The notes: generated by a model from the sequence alone, not told the origin. A stretch of 51,860 bases of DNA from a candidate division WOR-3 bacterium (GCA_023129235.1 JAGMCN010000046.1:1-51860), one strand, 5' to 3'. Shown: positions 34,562 through 43,833, numbered from the stretch's first letter. Numbers and translations: made by a program.

Positions 34562-35346
34562 GAAAATATATCTTGGTAACTGGAGGAGATGGTTTTATTG
34601 GAACCAATCTTATAAATGAATTAATGAAGGATAAAAATAATTTAGTTATTAATTTCACTGAGGATATTTGTGAAGGAATTAAAATAGATTGTCAGGTAGA
34701 TCTTATTTACCATATGGCGGCTAATACTGATACCACTTTCTCTGACGATGTTGAGATGTATAGAAATAATCTGATAGGATTTTTAAAGGTTTTAGATTTT
34801 GCCATTAAACATAATTGTAGACTTATCTACGCTTCAAGTGGAGCAATTTATGGGAATGTTGGAGAACCATTAAATGTTTATGGTCATTCTAAATTATTAT
34901 GTGATAAAATTGCTGAAAGATTTATTAATCGAATTCCGTTAGTGGGACTTAGGTTCTTTAATGTTTATGGTCCTTATGAACAAAAAAAAGAAAGGATGGC
35001 AAGTATGATTACTCAATGGAGAGAACAAATAGCCAAGGGTAAAAAACCAGGAATTTTTATTGGGGAATTTAAACGAGATTTCGTTTATGTTAAGGATATT
35101 ATACGTGCTTTGCTTCAAGCACAGAATTTAAAAAGCGGATTTTATGATGTTGGAACGGGCAAGGCAATTGATTTCAGAGATGTATTAGATATAGTGATTG
35201 AGGTTTTGGGAGTAAAAGTAGAACCAAAAAAGATTCCAAATCCTTATCTAGGAAAATATCAAACATTTACAAAGGCCGATATTAGCTGGGGTTTTAAACC
35301 CAAGTACCCAATAAGAAAAGGAATCAAAGATTATTTTAAAAATTAA
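34531..35346 (+). CDS. hldD: ADP-L-glycero-D-manno-heptose 6-epimerase-like SDR
   Basis: ILVTGGDGFIGTNL (Rossmann fold), the YGHSK catalytic YxxxK, and FFNVYGPYEQKKERMASMITQ...FKRDFVYVKDI...YDVGTGKAIDF parallel E. coli HldD ([20 protein letters not shown]...FKRDFVYVGDV...NLGTGRAESF). Confidence 0.8.
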   Translation: MPKMSDRKSIRKYILVTGGDGFIGTNLINELMKDKNNLVINFTEDICEGIKIDCQVDLIYHMAANTDTTFSDDVEMYRNNLIGFLKVLDFAIKHNCRLIYASSGAIYGNVGEPLNVYGHSKLLCDKIAERFINRIPLVGLRFFNVYGPYEQKKERMASMITQWREQIAKGKKPGIFIGEFKRDFVYVKDIIRALLQAQNLKSGFYDVGTGKAIDFRDVLDIVIEVLGVKVEPKKIPNPYLGKYQTFTKADISWGFKPKYPIRKGIKDYFKN

Positions 35347-35352
35347 AATAAT

Positions 35353-35640
35353 ATGCCTATTCAAACTAGCGTAGCTTTCTTTTTAATAGTAGCTCATTTC
35401 ATAGGAGACTTTAGTTTTCAGCCTTCTTGGTTATCAGCCGAGAAGAGAAAAGCAAAGCATGTTCTTCTAGGACATTGTATTATCTGTGCAGGTATAGTGG
35501 GAATAGTTTTAATATGGGCAGGTTTATTTGCTCCATGGAAACTATTTGCCTTGACTGGGATCCATTATATAATCGATTGGAAAAAACATAAGATTATAGA
35601 TAAACATGGATATAGTCCCCGGATAGGATTGGGTGATTAA
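35353..35640 (+). CDS. small integral membrane protein (DUF3307-like HxxxDFxxQ motif)
   Basis: Three hydrophobic segments and AHFIGDFSFQPSW. It is the only clearly membrane-embedded product in the island. Confidence 0.4.
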   Translation: MPIQTSVAFFLIVAHFIGDFSFQPSWLSAEKRKAKHVLLGHCIICAGIVGIVLIWAGLFAPWKLFALTGIHYIIDWKKHKIIDKHGYSPRIGLGD

Positions 35641-35683
35641 TTAAGTCATATAATATCAATTTTAATAATCGCTATAATTTAAT

Positions 35684-36721
35684 ATGTATCCTATTCATCA
35701 TATCGATTTAAAAACAACGTGGGATCAGTGGGTAAAAGCTCATCCCGAAATAATTCTTAAGAAACGAAAAATTATCTTAAGACAAGGACAATCACCAGGT
35801 GATATTTTAACTTTCACTAGGGTAGTAGGAGATCTTAAAGAAAGCTATCCTAATTATCAAATAGATGTTCGAACTCCATGTGCTGAAATCTGGGAGAACA
35901 ATCCAAGACTTACCCCTTTAAAAGAAGAAGATAAAGAAGTAGAGATTTTTACTATAGGATATGATGAGATTAATCAATCTGGTTGGGAAGGTCTTCATTT
36001 CTCGGATGCTTTTAGACATGATGTAGAAAAAAGATTAGGAATTCCTATTAAGAAAACAGGAATTAGACCAGAACTTTTTATTTCAGAAGAGGAAAGATCC
36101 TGGTGGAATCAGGTTCATTGTGAGTTTAAATGGGATGGTCCATTCTGGATTTTAAATGCAGGAAGAAAACCTGATAATGAACTTAAACAATATCATAGAT
36201 GGCAAGAAGTAGTAGATTTATTCAATGAGCGTTTCCAGAATCGTGTTAAACTCGTTCAGGTGGGTCATAAGGATCATATTCATCCCAAACTTAAGGGTGT
36301 ACTCAACTTAGTAGGAAAAACAGATACTAGACAGTTTATACGTTTAATGTATTGGGCTCATGGTTCTGTTGGTCCTATTTCTTTTCAGATGGTTCTATCG
36401 GCTGCGTTTGAACAGCCATCAGTTTGTATTGCAGGAGGAAAAGAAGGAGTAAGATGGCATGTATATCCTCATATGAGATGGTTAGATACAAATGGATGTA
36501 TTGATTGCTGTAAGTGGGATGGTTGTTGGCTAGGAGGAGAAGGAAAGAAATGTAAACATTTAATAGATAAAGTACCACTCTGTTTTAGATTGATCTCTCC
36601 AGAGCAAATAGTAGATGCTATAGAAATGTATTATAAGGGCGGTGCTCTTAAGATAACTGATACTTCTCAAAAACCAGTTATCCCTGGAAAAGGTGGTTGG
36701 TTTAAGAGAAGATTTAAATAA
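35684..36721 (+). CDS. GT9-family heptosyltransferase-like protein with C-terminal Cys cluster
   Basis: IILRQGQSPGDILTFTRVVGDLKESYPNYQIDV (compare GT9 ilvir.s.lGDvvl..p.l..Lk..yP.a.i). LNLVGKTDTRQFIRLMYWAHGSVGPISFQMVLSAAFEQPSVCIAGG (compare nlaGktsL.el.ali..a.l.vg.DSGp.HlAaA.g.P.v.lfG). Cys cluster CIDCCKWDGCWLGGEGKKCKH lies at about 36490..36555. Confidence 0.6.
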   Translation: MYPIHHIDLKTTWDQWVKAHPEIILKKRKIILRQGQSPGDILTFTRVVGDLKESYPNYQIDVRTPCAEIWENNPRLTPLKEEDKEVEIFTIGYDEINQSGWEGLHFSDAFRHDVEKRLGIPIKKTGIRPELFISEEERSWWNQVHCEFKWDGPFWILNAGRKPDNELKQYHRWQEVVDLFNERFQNRVKLVQVGHKDHIHPKLKGVLNLVGKTDTRQFIRLMYWAHGSVGPISFQMVLSAAFEQPSVCIAGGKEGVRWHVYPHMRWLDTNGCIDCCKWDGCWLGGEGKKCKHLIDKVPLCFRLISPEQIVDAIEMYYKGGALKITDTSQKPVIPGKGGWFKRRFK

Positions 36722-36724
36722 AAT

Positions 36725-37405
36725 ATGAAGTCCTTAATTATAGGAGCTGGGCAGGTTGGCAAAGCTCTATTTTATATTTTGAGAGAATCGCATGAAGTTG
36801 TACTTATGGATCGGAAGTTAACTTCCGAAAAGTTTGAAATTATCCATATTTGTTTTCCCTACTCCAATAAATTTGTATCTGAGGTTAAAAGATATAAAAA
36901 ACATTTTAAACCAAAATATCTGGTTATACATTCAACAGTACCATTAGGAACTTCGAAGAAATGTAACGCTTTCTTTTCACCAGTGAGAGGAATTCATCCA
37001 AGATTGAATGCGAGCTTATTAATTTTTATAAAATATTTAGCTCCTTACAGTGATTTTCTAAAGAAATATTTCGAGAAGACTGGAATGAAAATAGCAGAGT
37101 CAGGGAATCAGGATGATTTGGAAGCTCTAAAATTATGGTCGACCACTCAATATGGCCTTTCTATTGTGGTAGAAAAAGAGATTTATAAATATTGTAAGAA
37201 ACATAGGTTATCTTTTGATCTTGTTTACAAAGATGGGAACAAAACTTATAACAAAGGATATTCAGATTTTAAGATGCCTAACGTACTTCGTCCAATCTTA
37301 GAAGAGATGGAAGGTAAAATAGGTGGCCATTGTGTAATTCCAAATTGTAAACTTTTAGATTCAACGATAGCAAGGCTTATTTCTAGATATAATAAGAAAT
37401 TATGA
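36725..37405 (+). CDS. NAD(P)-binding Rossmann protein, nucleotide-sugar dehydrogenase N-domain-like
   Basis: MKSLIIGAGQVGKAL (GxGxxG) and IHICFPYS...LVIHSTVPLGTSKK resemble the UDP-glucose/GDP-mannose dehydrogenase N-terminal domain (STVPpGT). Confidence 0.45.
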   Translation: MKSLIIGAGQVGKALFYILRESHEVVLMDRKLTSEKFEIIHICFPYSNKFVSEVKRYKKHFKPKYLVIHSTVPLGTSKKCNAFFSPVRGIHPRLNASLLIFIKYLAPYSDFLKKYFEKTGMKIAESGNQDDLEALKLWSTTQYGLSIVVEKEIYKYCKKHRLSFDLVYKDGNKTYNKGYSDFKMPNVLRPILEEMEGKIGGHCVIPNCKLLDSTIARLISRYNKKL

Positions 37406-38193
37406 AGTCTATCTTTCATATTATCCAAACAGGAATAACAGGAAAAGCTGGTGATTTTAAAAGAACTAGATTTGGAAAACCTTGGGTTAAAGAACGAATA
37501 GAGTTATTCAAGAAGTATAATCTTAATAGTCTATTAAATCAGGAGGATCGAAATTTTATTCACTGGATATCTTGGTGTGAAGCAGATCAGGAAAATGAAG
37601 ACGTAATTAAATTAGGTCAACATCTTAAAAAAATAGAATATCCTTATGTGTTCACTTTTAAAAGACTTCCTTATATTGATACTCATGGAAATAATAGAGA
37701 TCTAAAAGAACGAAGGGAGAGAATGTTACCGCTTATTAAGAAATTCTATAAAGATCAGGCTTATGTATATTTTACTGTATTAGATTCAGACGATCTATAT
37801 AGAAAAGATGCTATTAAGATAATTAAACAGACAGACCCGAATGATAAGAAAGCTATGTTTTTCCAGATAGGATATGGTTATAATTTTGATTCTAAAGACC
37901 TTTGTATATGGGTAGCAAAATGGAGCCCACCTTTCTTTACCTTTATTTTTCCTTCAGAAACTTTCTGGGATGTTGATAAACATAGCGAATGGATTAGACA
38001 TTATCATGTACATCATGATGTAGATCGGATTTTTAAAGGAGTAAAATTACCTAGAGACATGTTTATTCAAGGAATTCATGGAGGTAATGCTACGACTCGT
38101 TGGACAAATGCTTACCGACAACGTATTATTATAGATGAAGATCAAAAAGCCGGGATCTTAAAGGATTTCGGAATTCATTATGCCAAAGAATAA
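37402..38193 (+). CDS. GT-A fold glycosyltransferase (GT2 / rhamnosyltransferase-like)
   Basis: DxD motif in FTVLDSDDLYRKDAI. N-terminal RFGKPWVKERIELFKKYNLNSLLNQEDRNFIHWI resembles the R..LF..y.LPSl..Qt...F.w block of the GT2-related family. Confidence 0.5.
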   Translation: MKSIFHIIQTGITGKAGDFKRTRFGKPWVKERIELFKKYNLNSLLNQEDRNFIHWISWCEADQENEDVIKLGQHLKKIEYPYVFTFKRLPYIDTHGNNRDLKERRERMLPLIKKFYKDQAYVYFTVLDSDDLYRKDAIKIIKQTDPNDKKAMFFQIGYGYNFDSKDLCIWVAKWSPPFFTFIFPSETFWDVDKHSEWIRHYHVHHDVDRIFKGVKLPRDMFIQGIHGGNATTRWTNAYRQRIIIDEDQKAGILKDFGIHYAKE

Positions 38194-39100
38194 GTACGCT
38201 ATTATAATGACGTCTACAAGCGGACTCCTTCCAGGAGTCAACGCAGTTTTAAATGGATTAGATTACTATGATAACAAGGGATTTGATTTTTATCTTATAA
38301 ATGATTTTGAAAGAGCTGGGAAAAAAGATTATTTAGAGCAGACGAAATTGTTTAATTTTCCAGTAATAAGTCTTAAGCTTAGTGAGTTTGGACGGAAATT
38401 AACATTTCCGAAAAAGAAAAGAAGTGGTTGGCAAGTAAGATTTTATAGATGGGAATTAGCTAATCAATTAGCTGATTCTTATGATGCCATTTTAGTTATA
38501 GATGCTGATATGGCAGTCACCAATAATATAATGCAATATTTTAAAATTGCAGCTGATACTGGATATATTATAGGAGTAAATAATCCTGTTGGTTATTCCC
38601 TTGAAGGCTTAAAAGAAAAAGGATGTGATGTTTTAAGAGGAGCATCTACTCCTCCTATACATTGCATGCCTTTATTCTTTGATGGCAAAAAATGGAAAAA
38701 GTTATTAGATCTTTGTTGGAAGATAGGAGTAACTGAGGATTGGGGAGACATGTCAAGTCTAGTTAAAGCGATGTGTCAAATGGATATTTTTGATCAAGTT
38801 TATCGTCTTCCTAATTATCTTTGGATCCAGACATGGTTTTACCATGATGGAATAGAAATGAAACAAGCAGGTCCTAAAGAGTATCTCTTGTATGGAAAAG
38901 AGAGAATTAATATGGTGCATGGCAGATGGTGGATCCAGAGTGTTTGTGCAAAATGGGAAGGAATTAAAGAACCAGAACTTGTTAGATTTGGTAAAGGAAA
39001 TACCAGAGCGATTTGGGAAACATTTAAACGTTTAAATACTACTCATAAAATTAAATTAGATTGGGGTCCTTATTCCTGGTATAAGGATGAAAAGAAATGA
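38180..39100 (+). CDS. GT8-like nucleotide-diphospho-sugar transferase (paralog A)
   Basis: YAIIMTSTSGLLPGVNAVLNGL... and DxD in ILVIDADMAVTNN. Paralogous to the 39840 product. Confidence 0.45.
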   Translation: MPKNKYAIIMTSTSGLLPGVNAVLNGLDYYDNKGFDFYLINDFERAGKKDYLEQTKLFNFPVISLKLSEFGRKLTFPKKKRSGWQVRFYRWELANQLADSYDAILVIDADMAVTNNIMQYFKIAADTGYIIGVNNPVGYSLEGLKEKGCDVLRGASTPPIHCMPLFFDGKKWKKLLDLCWKIGVTEDWGDMSSLVKAMCQMDIFDQVYRLPNYLWIQTWFYHDGIEMKQAGPKEYLLYGKERINMVHGRWWIQSVCAKWEGIKEPELVRFGKGNTRAIWETFKRLNTTHKIKLDWGPYSWYKDEKK

Positions 39101-39867
39101 TTCAAGATTTTAAACAAAAGAAGCTAGTTGAATATTTAAAAGATGGCCAAAAGGTTTTAATTAGATTTGGTCATGGACTAGGTGATACAATTCTGTTTAT
39201 GCCTATCTTTGAAAAACTTAAATCATTATATCCAACGGTTCATTTCGATTTATATATTGAATCAGGTCAGGAAGAGATTTGGTCGTCAATTAAAAACAAA
39301 GATGCACCAGGATATGACTTAGTATTTTCACTTAACTTTCCAATGTCAGAAGGTGGAATACATACAAAACCTGAGAAGTGTTGTATAGATGAAATAGGAA
39401 TACAGCCGATAACTGATACAGCAAAATTACCTAAAAAAGATTCTCCTATTGTAGCTGTTCATTTTCAAGGCACAGCTTTACCAGGATCAGTTAGCTGTCC
39501 AGCTTTAATTGCTTATCAAATTTGGGAAGAAATTAAAGATTGCAATAAAATTCCAGTAGAGACTCATTATCAACATGTCTTTCATAATCCAGCCAATAGA
39601 AAATATAGCTTTATAAATGTAACTGCAAGAGATCTTAAGGCTAGTTTATCCAGCTTATTTGGTTTAATCCAGCATTCATGTGCTTTCATAGGGATTGCGT
39701 CAGGGCCTTTTGTAGTAGCACTCGCTTCAATTCCGGATAGGACTTTGTATTTAGAGAAGGCACATAAGCTTAAAACTTATTCTACAAAACAAATAGCGAC
39801 AGTCGATATTAATAATTATCAAAGCGGAGGAGTAAAAAAATGGCTTCAAAGTTTGCCTGGATCATAG
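39097..39867 (+). CDS. second GT9 heptosyltransferase-like protein (short)
   Basis: VLIRFGHGLGDTILFMPIFEKLKSLYPTVHFDLYI and SLFGLIQHSCAFIGIASGPFVVALAS match the GT9 N- and C-terminal signature blocks. Confidence 0.5.
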   Translation: MIQDFKQKKLVEYLKDGQKVLIRFGHGLGDTILFMPIFEKLKSLYPTVHFDLYIESGQEEIWSSIKNKDAPGYDLVFSLNFPMSEGGIHTKPEKCCIDEIGIQPITDTAKLPKKDSPIVAVHFQGTALPGSVSCPALIAYQIWEEIKDCNKIPVETHYQHVFHNPANRKYSFINVTARDLKASLSSLFGLIQHSCAFIGIASGPFVVALASIPDRTLYLEKAHKLKTYSTKQIATVDINNYQSGGVKKWLQSLPGS

Positions 39868-40766
39868 CAGGCTCTTCAAATTATATACCAGGAATAACAG
39901 CGTTTATGAATAGCGCTCGGGCTTTAGGACATAAGGAAGATATTATCTTACTTTCCTTTAGGTTGCCAGATGAGTTTCTTAAAGAAGTTCAAGAAAAGAT
40001 TGGAAATGTAAGGATAGTTAATATTCAGGGAGAAGATCAGGTAAGAGGAACTGCAATTGAAAGGTTTAGAGTAGCAGTAGAAATGGGAAAAGAATATAAA
40101 GCAATTTGTCTTTTAGATGCTGATATGTTTTTAACTGCTAACTGTGATTTATTTTTTAGAATTGCAGAGGCTGGCTTTATAGTCACTGGGTCAAATGGAA
40201 TGATTATTAATTTTAACAAAGCTTATCAGAAACAATATAATTGTTTTCTTGAGAAAGATGAATGGCCTTATCCAAAAGTTCATACATCAGCACCGATCTT
40301 TTTAGGACCTAAACATTTAGATTGGTTTGAACGTTTATATAATAGTAGACGGATTGATAGTTGGGATGACTTTCTCTATTTAAATCTATTAGGAATTAAG
40401 ATGGGTAAGTATAAAGATATGATTGTTTTACCTCCTTATGTCTTTACAGGAATCCATCATTTTGGAGTGAAGCCAGTTACGGGTTGGATGAATAAAAACG
40501 GAATGATTTTATCCCGGACAGAAGAAGTAATTTATATAGCACATGGTAAGTTCTGGGATAAAGGATGGTATACAGGATTAATGGAGCCTATGGAAAGATA
40601 TTATAAGGATGAACAGCTTGGTAAGAGACAGAAGGAAAGAGGATTATACTCAAGAAAAGTAATGATGGACTGTTTCTTAGAATACTTTAATGGTCCTTAT
40701 TTAAAAGGAGATCCAGAGCCTCTAGACTGGTATTTTAAAAAGAATAAAAAAAATGGCAAATCATAG
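39840..40766 (+). CDS. GT8-like nucleotide-diphospho-sugar transferase (paralog B)
   Basis: FAWIIAGSSNYIPGITAFMNSA... and DxD in ICLLDADMFLTAN. Same block order as the 38180 product. Confidence 0.45.
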   Translation: MASKFAWIIAGSSNYIPGITAFMNSARALGHKEDIILLSFRLPDEFLKEVQEKIGNVRIVNIQGEDQVRGTAIERFRVAVEMGKEYKAICLLDADMFLTANCDLFFRIAEAGFIVTGSNGMIINFNKAYQKQYNCFLEKDEWPYPKVHTSAPIFLGPKHLDWFERLYNSRRIDSWDDFLYLNLLGIKMGKYKDMIVLPPYVFTGIHHFGVKPVTGWMNKNGMILSRTEEVIYIAHGKFWDKGWYTGLMEPMERYYKDEQLGKRQKERGLYSRKVMMDCFLEYFNGPYLKGDPEPLDWYFKKNKKNGKS

Positions 40767-41874
40767 AGATCGACCGGTAGGTTATCAATACTTTAAAATT
40801 CTTAAGGATCATCTTGGATCCTTAGATAAAATATTTAATGGAAAGCTAATTTATCCACGGCAGATTGAAATTCATCTACCGGCAGATCATAAGAAATCTT
40901 GTAATTTTAATTGTTATTATTGCCAGGGTAGAATACTCAAACAACCTCTTGTCCCTTGGGAATTAGATGCATTAGATTTGATACGTGAGTTATCAGGAAA
41001 GATTCCGTATTATATCTACGGAGGTGCTTATTCTGAACCAATGCTAAATCCTTACATGATGACTTTCTTACATGTAACGAAACGTTATGGAGCAAATTTT
41101 GGTATCCATACGAATGGCTCATATCTTAAAATTCTAGAAAAAGCACAGGGCTGGATTACAGAACTATGTCGTATAGCTACAGACAAAAGAGATTATCTTT
41201 CAATCAGTTTAGATGCTGGAAATGTAGAAAGCCATAAGAAAACGAAAGGTCTTAGGAAGAATTGGTATGATGAAATTATTCAAGGAATTAGAATGGCTAT
41301 TAAAATTCGAGGGAATAAAGATTATCCTGCTATTCGGGTCTGTTATTTAATGAATGAATTTAATTCTTCTTTAGAGGAGATTAAAAATATTGTTGAATTA
41401 ATGAGAGATATTAAAGTGGATTCCTTAAGATTTTCTATTCCATACGATTTATATGGTAAAGATTTTAAGATAGTTAAACAATATAAAGAAAGAGTAGAAA
41501 TGAAAAGAAAAGATTCCTATCAAGAAAGATTAAAACCCTATCTCTCTTTAGACCTTAAAGAAAAGCCTTATATCTTTTTCATATCCCCGGAATCACAAGA
41601 TGTTGAAAAGATGTGTTTCAAACAATGTATATATAACTATTATCAGATTACGATAGGCGCCGATGGTAATATTTATCGTTGTTCAAGCACTGCTACTCCT
41701 TCTTTCCCAGCAAATTGCTTAGGAAAATTTACTGGGGATGTTGAGGAATTTCAAGAAATGATTCTTAGGAATCATAATAAAGATTGGAAACCAGAAACAT
41801 GTTTTAAAGCTGGGGCAAGATGTAATCGAATGGCTCTGGAAATTAATAAAGAATGGGAAAAAATTAATGAATAA
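40753..41874 (+). CDS. radical SAM enzyme with Cys-rich C-terminal (twitch/SPASM-like) region
   Basis: CxxxCxxC = CNFNCYYC (C50/C54/C57, nt 40900..40923). C-terminal CIYNYYQITIGADGNIYRC fits the Cx9-15Gx4C half-motif of SPASM/twitch domains. Further Cys lie in CLGKF...CFKAGARC. Confidence 0.7.
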   Translation: MANHRDRPVGYQYFKILKDHLGSLDKIFNGKLIYPRQIEIHLPADHKKSCNFNCYYCQGRILKQPLVPWELDALDLIRELSGKIPYYIYGGAYSEPMLNPYMMTFLHVTKRYGANFGIHTNGSYLKILEKAQGWITELCRIATDKRDYLSISLDAGNVESHKKTKGLRKNWYDEIIQGIRMAIKIRGNKDYPAIRVCYLMNEFNSSLEEIKNIVELMRDIKVDSLRFSIPYDLYGKDFKIVKQYKERVEMKRKDSYQERLKPYLSLDLKEKPYIFFISPESQDVEKMCFKQCIYNYYQITIGADGNIYRCSSTATPSFPANCLGKFTGDVEEFQEMILRNHNKDWKPETCFKAGARCNRMALEINKEWEKINE

Positions 41875-42754
41875 AATTACAATAGCTCAAATAGGATGTG
41901 GTTATTGGGGAAAGAGATTACTCCGCTATATTATAGAGAGTGATAAGTTTAATGTTAAATATGTTTGTACTAAAGGAGATGATCTGACTCAAATTTGGAA
42001 TGATAAGGAAGTAAAAGCAGTTGTGATCGCTACTCCAATTAAAACTCATTTTGCTATTGCAAGAAAAGCTATAAGAGCAAATAAAGATATCTTGTGTGAG
42101 AAACCTCTATGTCAACAATTAAACCAAGTTAGATGTCTTCAGCGTCAATTAACTCGTGCAGATAGAAAACTATTAACAGAATGGACATATACTTTTTCAA
42201 AAGGTTTGATAAAAGCTAAAGAAATTATAGATATTGGAAAGATAGGGGGACTTGAATCTATAGAAATGTCCTTGAAATATGCAGGTCGTTTTCTAGATTA
42301 TAATGTATATTGGCTTTTAGGATCACATCTCTTATCTATTCTTGATATGTTTGTTCCAATAGCTAGTTTAGAGTTTCGAAAAATAGATCTTATAAGACAT
42401 GGAAAACGAACAGAGACTGGAATGATTAGATTTTGGAATGAAAAATTAAAAGGGAATATTACAGTCAGTCTTAATTATCCATTAAAGGATATGAGTGTAA
42501 TTTTCTATGGATCAAGAGGAACCCTGGTATTTTCATCAATGAGAGAACCGACGATTCAATATAATTGTTATGTAAAAGACGAAGGAGTTTTAGGAGATCA
42601 ACTTATAACGGAAGAAAAATTCATGTCTTTTGATGAGAAGAATAATTTAAAGCATGCTGTAAATTATTTTTATGATTTTCTACAAGGAAAAGCAGAAGGC
42701 AATCTCGAGAGATCATTTCAAATAACTAAAGTTTTAAGTCAAATACATGAATGA
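41867..42754 (+). CDS. Gfo/Idh/MocA-family NAD(P)-dependent sugar oxidoreductase
   Basis: ITIAQIGCGYWGKR (Rossmann fold) and the family-diagnostic EKPL motif (ILCEKPLC). Confidence 0.65.
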   Translation: MNKITIAQIGCGYWGKRLLRYIIESDKFNVKYVCTKGDDLTQIWNDKEVKAVVIATPIKTHFAIARKAIRANKDILCEKPLCQQLNQVRCLQRQLTRADRKLLTEWTYTFSKGLIKAKEIIDIGKIGGLESIEMSLKYAGRFLDYNVYWLLGSHLLSILDMFVPIASLEFRKIDLIRHGKRTETGMIRFWNEKLKGNITVSLNYPLKDMSVIFYGSRGTLVFSSMREPTIQYNCYVKDEGVLGDQLITEEKFMSFDEKNNLKHAVNYFYDFLQGKAEGNLERSFQITKVLSQIHE

Positions 42755-43343
42755 TAATCATCTTCAAGAGACTATTAGATTAGCAAATGCAGTAGGAGAT
42801 CCTAAACATGCTGTAACTGCTAATGAAGGAATCTTCTTATATAATAGAGCAAAGGAATGTTCAAAAGGAGTTATAGTAGAAATAGGTTCTTGGAAAGGAA
42901 GATCAGCAGTTTGGTTGGGTAGAGGTTCTCAAGCTGGATTTAAAAGAGAAGTTTATGCTGTAGATCCTCACACTGGTTCTCCAGAACATCATAGACTTTA
43001 TGGTAAGATATGGACTCTTCCAGTCTTTCAAAAGAATATTGAAAGAGCTGGGCTTTCAAATATAGTAGTCTCTTTAGTAAAGACTTCTGAAGAAGCTTCT
43101 AAAGATTGGAAAGAACCTATTGAGTTATTATTTATAGACGGCCGTCATGATTATAAATATGTAAAACAAGATTATGATTTGTGGAGTCGATTCTTAATTC
43201 CAGGTGGAATAGTAGTTTTCCATGATTCTATTAGATGGCCAGGTCCTAAATTAGTAGTTGATGAAGTAATATATAAGACTAGAGATTTTATGAAGGTAGG
43301 TATTATTAATTCAATAACCTGGGCTGTGAAAAAAAAGACTTGA
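42747..43343 (+). CDS. class I SAM-dependent methyltransferase (Methyltransf_24 / sugar O-methyltransferase-like)
   Basis: VVEIGSWKGRSAVWLG (motif I), LLFIDGRHDY and VVFHD are typical of the CmcI/TylF-like O-methyltransferase group. Confidence 0.6.
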   Translation: MNDNHLQETIRLANAVGDPKHAVTANEGIFLYNRAKECSKGVIVEIGSWKGRSAVWLGRGSQAGFKREVYAVDPHTGSPEHHRLYGKIWTLPVFQKNIERAGLSNIVVSLVKTSEEASKDWKEPIELLFIDGRHDYKYVKQDYDLWSRFLIPGGIVVFHDSIRWPGPKLVVDEVIYKTRDFMKVGIINSITWAVKKKT

Positions 43344-43367
43344 CATTCTTTAAAATCTGATTATACT
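43340..43367 (+). promoter_or_regulatory. sigma70-like promoter for the homing endonuclease gene
   Basis: TTGACA (43340..43345, overlapping the methyltransferase stop codon), a 16-nt spacer, then TATACT (43362..43367). Confidence 0.45.
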
Positions 43368-43377
43368 GAGAGTAGAA

Positions 43378-43806
43378 ATGGAATCCAAACCAAACCAAAA
43401 AGAGATTATCTATTTAGCTGGTTTATTAGATGGAGAAGGATGTTTTACAATAGATCGATATAAGAATCCAAAATTACGTTATAATCCTAAAATAGTTCTT
43501 CAATGGACGGAGAACAAGTTATCAGGTCTTCTCAGAGAAAAATTTGGAGGAGACTTACACAAAGTTGCTCCAAGGAAAGATTTTCCCAATAGAAAACCTC
43601 AATATCGCTGGCAGATACAAAATAATACATTACGGCGTCTTCTTCCTTCATTGATTCCATTTTTGAAAGTAAAACATCGTCAGGCAAGAATTTTAGATTC
43701 CTTTTTTAGAGAAAAAAAGAGCGATGGATATGGGAAAGGTCTTCCTCTTAAAGAATTAGATAGAAGAGAGAGACTATATCAGAAAATCAGAACCTTAAAT
43801 TCTTAG
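43378..43806 (+). CDS. free-standing LAGLIDADG homing endonuclease (single-motif type)
   Basis: IIYLAGLLDGEGCFTI is a canonical LAGLIDADG motif. At 142 aa with one motif it fits a homodimeric I-CreI-like architecture. It has its own promoter and terminators. Confidence 0.75.
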   Translation: MESKPNQKEIIYLAGLLDGEGCFTIDRYKNPKLRYNPKIVLQWTENKLSGLLREKFGGDLHKVAPRKDFPNRKPQYRWQIQNNTLRRLLPSLIPFLKVKHRQARILDSFFREKKSDGYGKGLPLKELDRRERLYQKIRTLNS

Positions 43807-43828
43807 TAGAGAGTTAACTCTCTATTTG
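43807..43828 (+). terminator. hairpin terminator candidate
   Basis: Perfect palindrome TAGAGAG-TTAA-CTCTCTA (43807..43824) followed by TTTG, directly after the stop codon. Confidence 0.45.
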
Positions 43829-43833
43829 AAAAT

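Noticed and set aside
24954-41122. Short nested or antisense track ORFs (24954..25142 +, 30727..30957 -, 31720..31992 -, 32945..33127 -, 33568..33777 -, 36375..36578 -, 37246..37428 -, 40037..40219 -, 40937..41122 -)
   Set aside because: Each is embedded in, or antisense to, a longer ORF with recognisable domain motifs. None has a motif or an independent expression signal.
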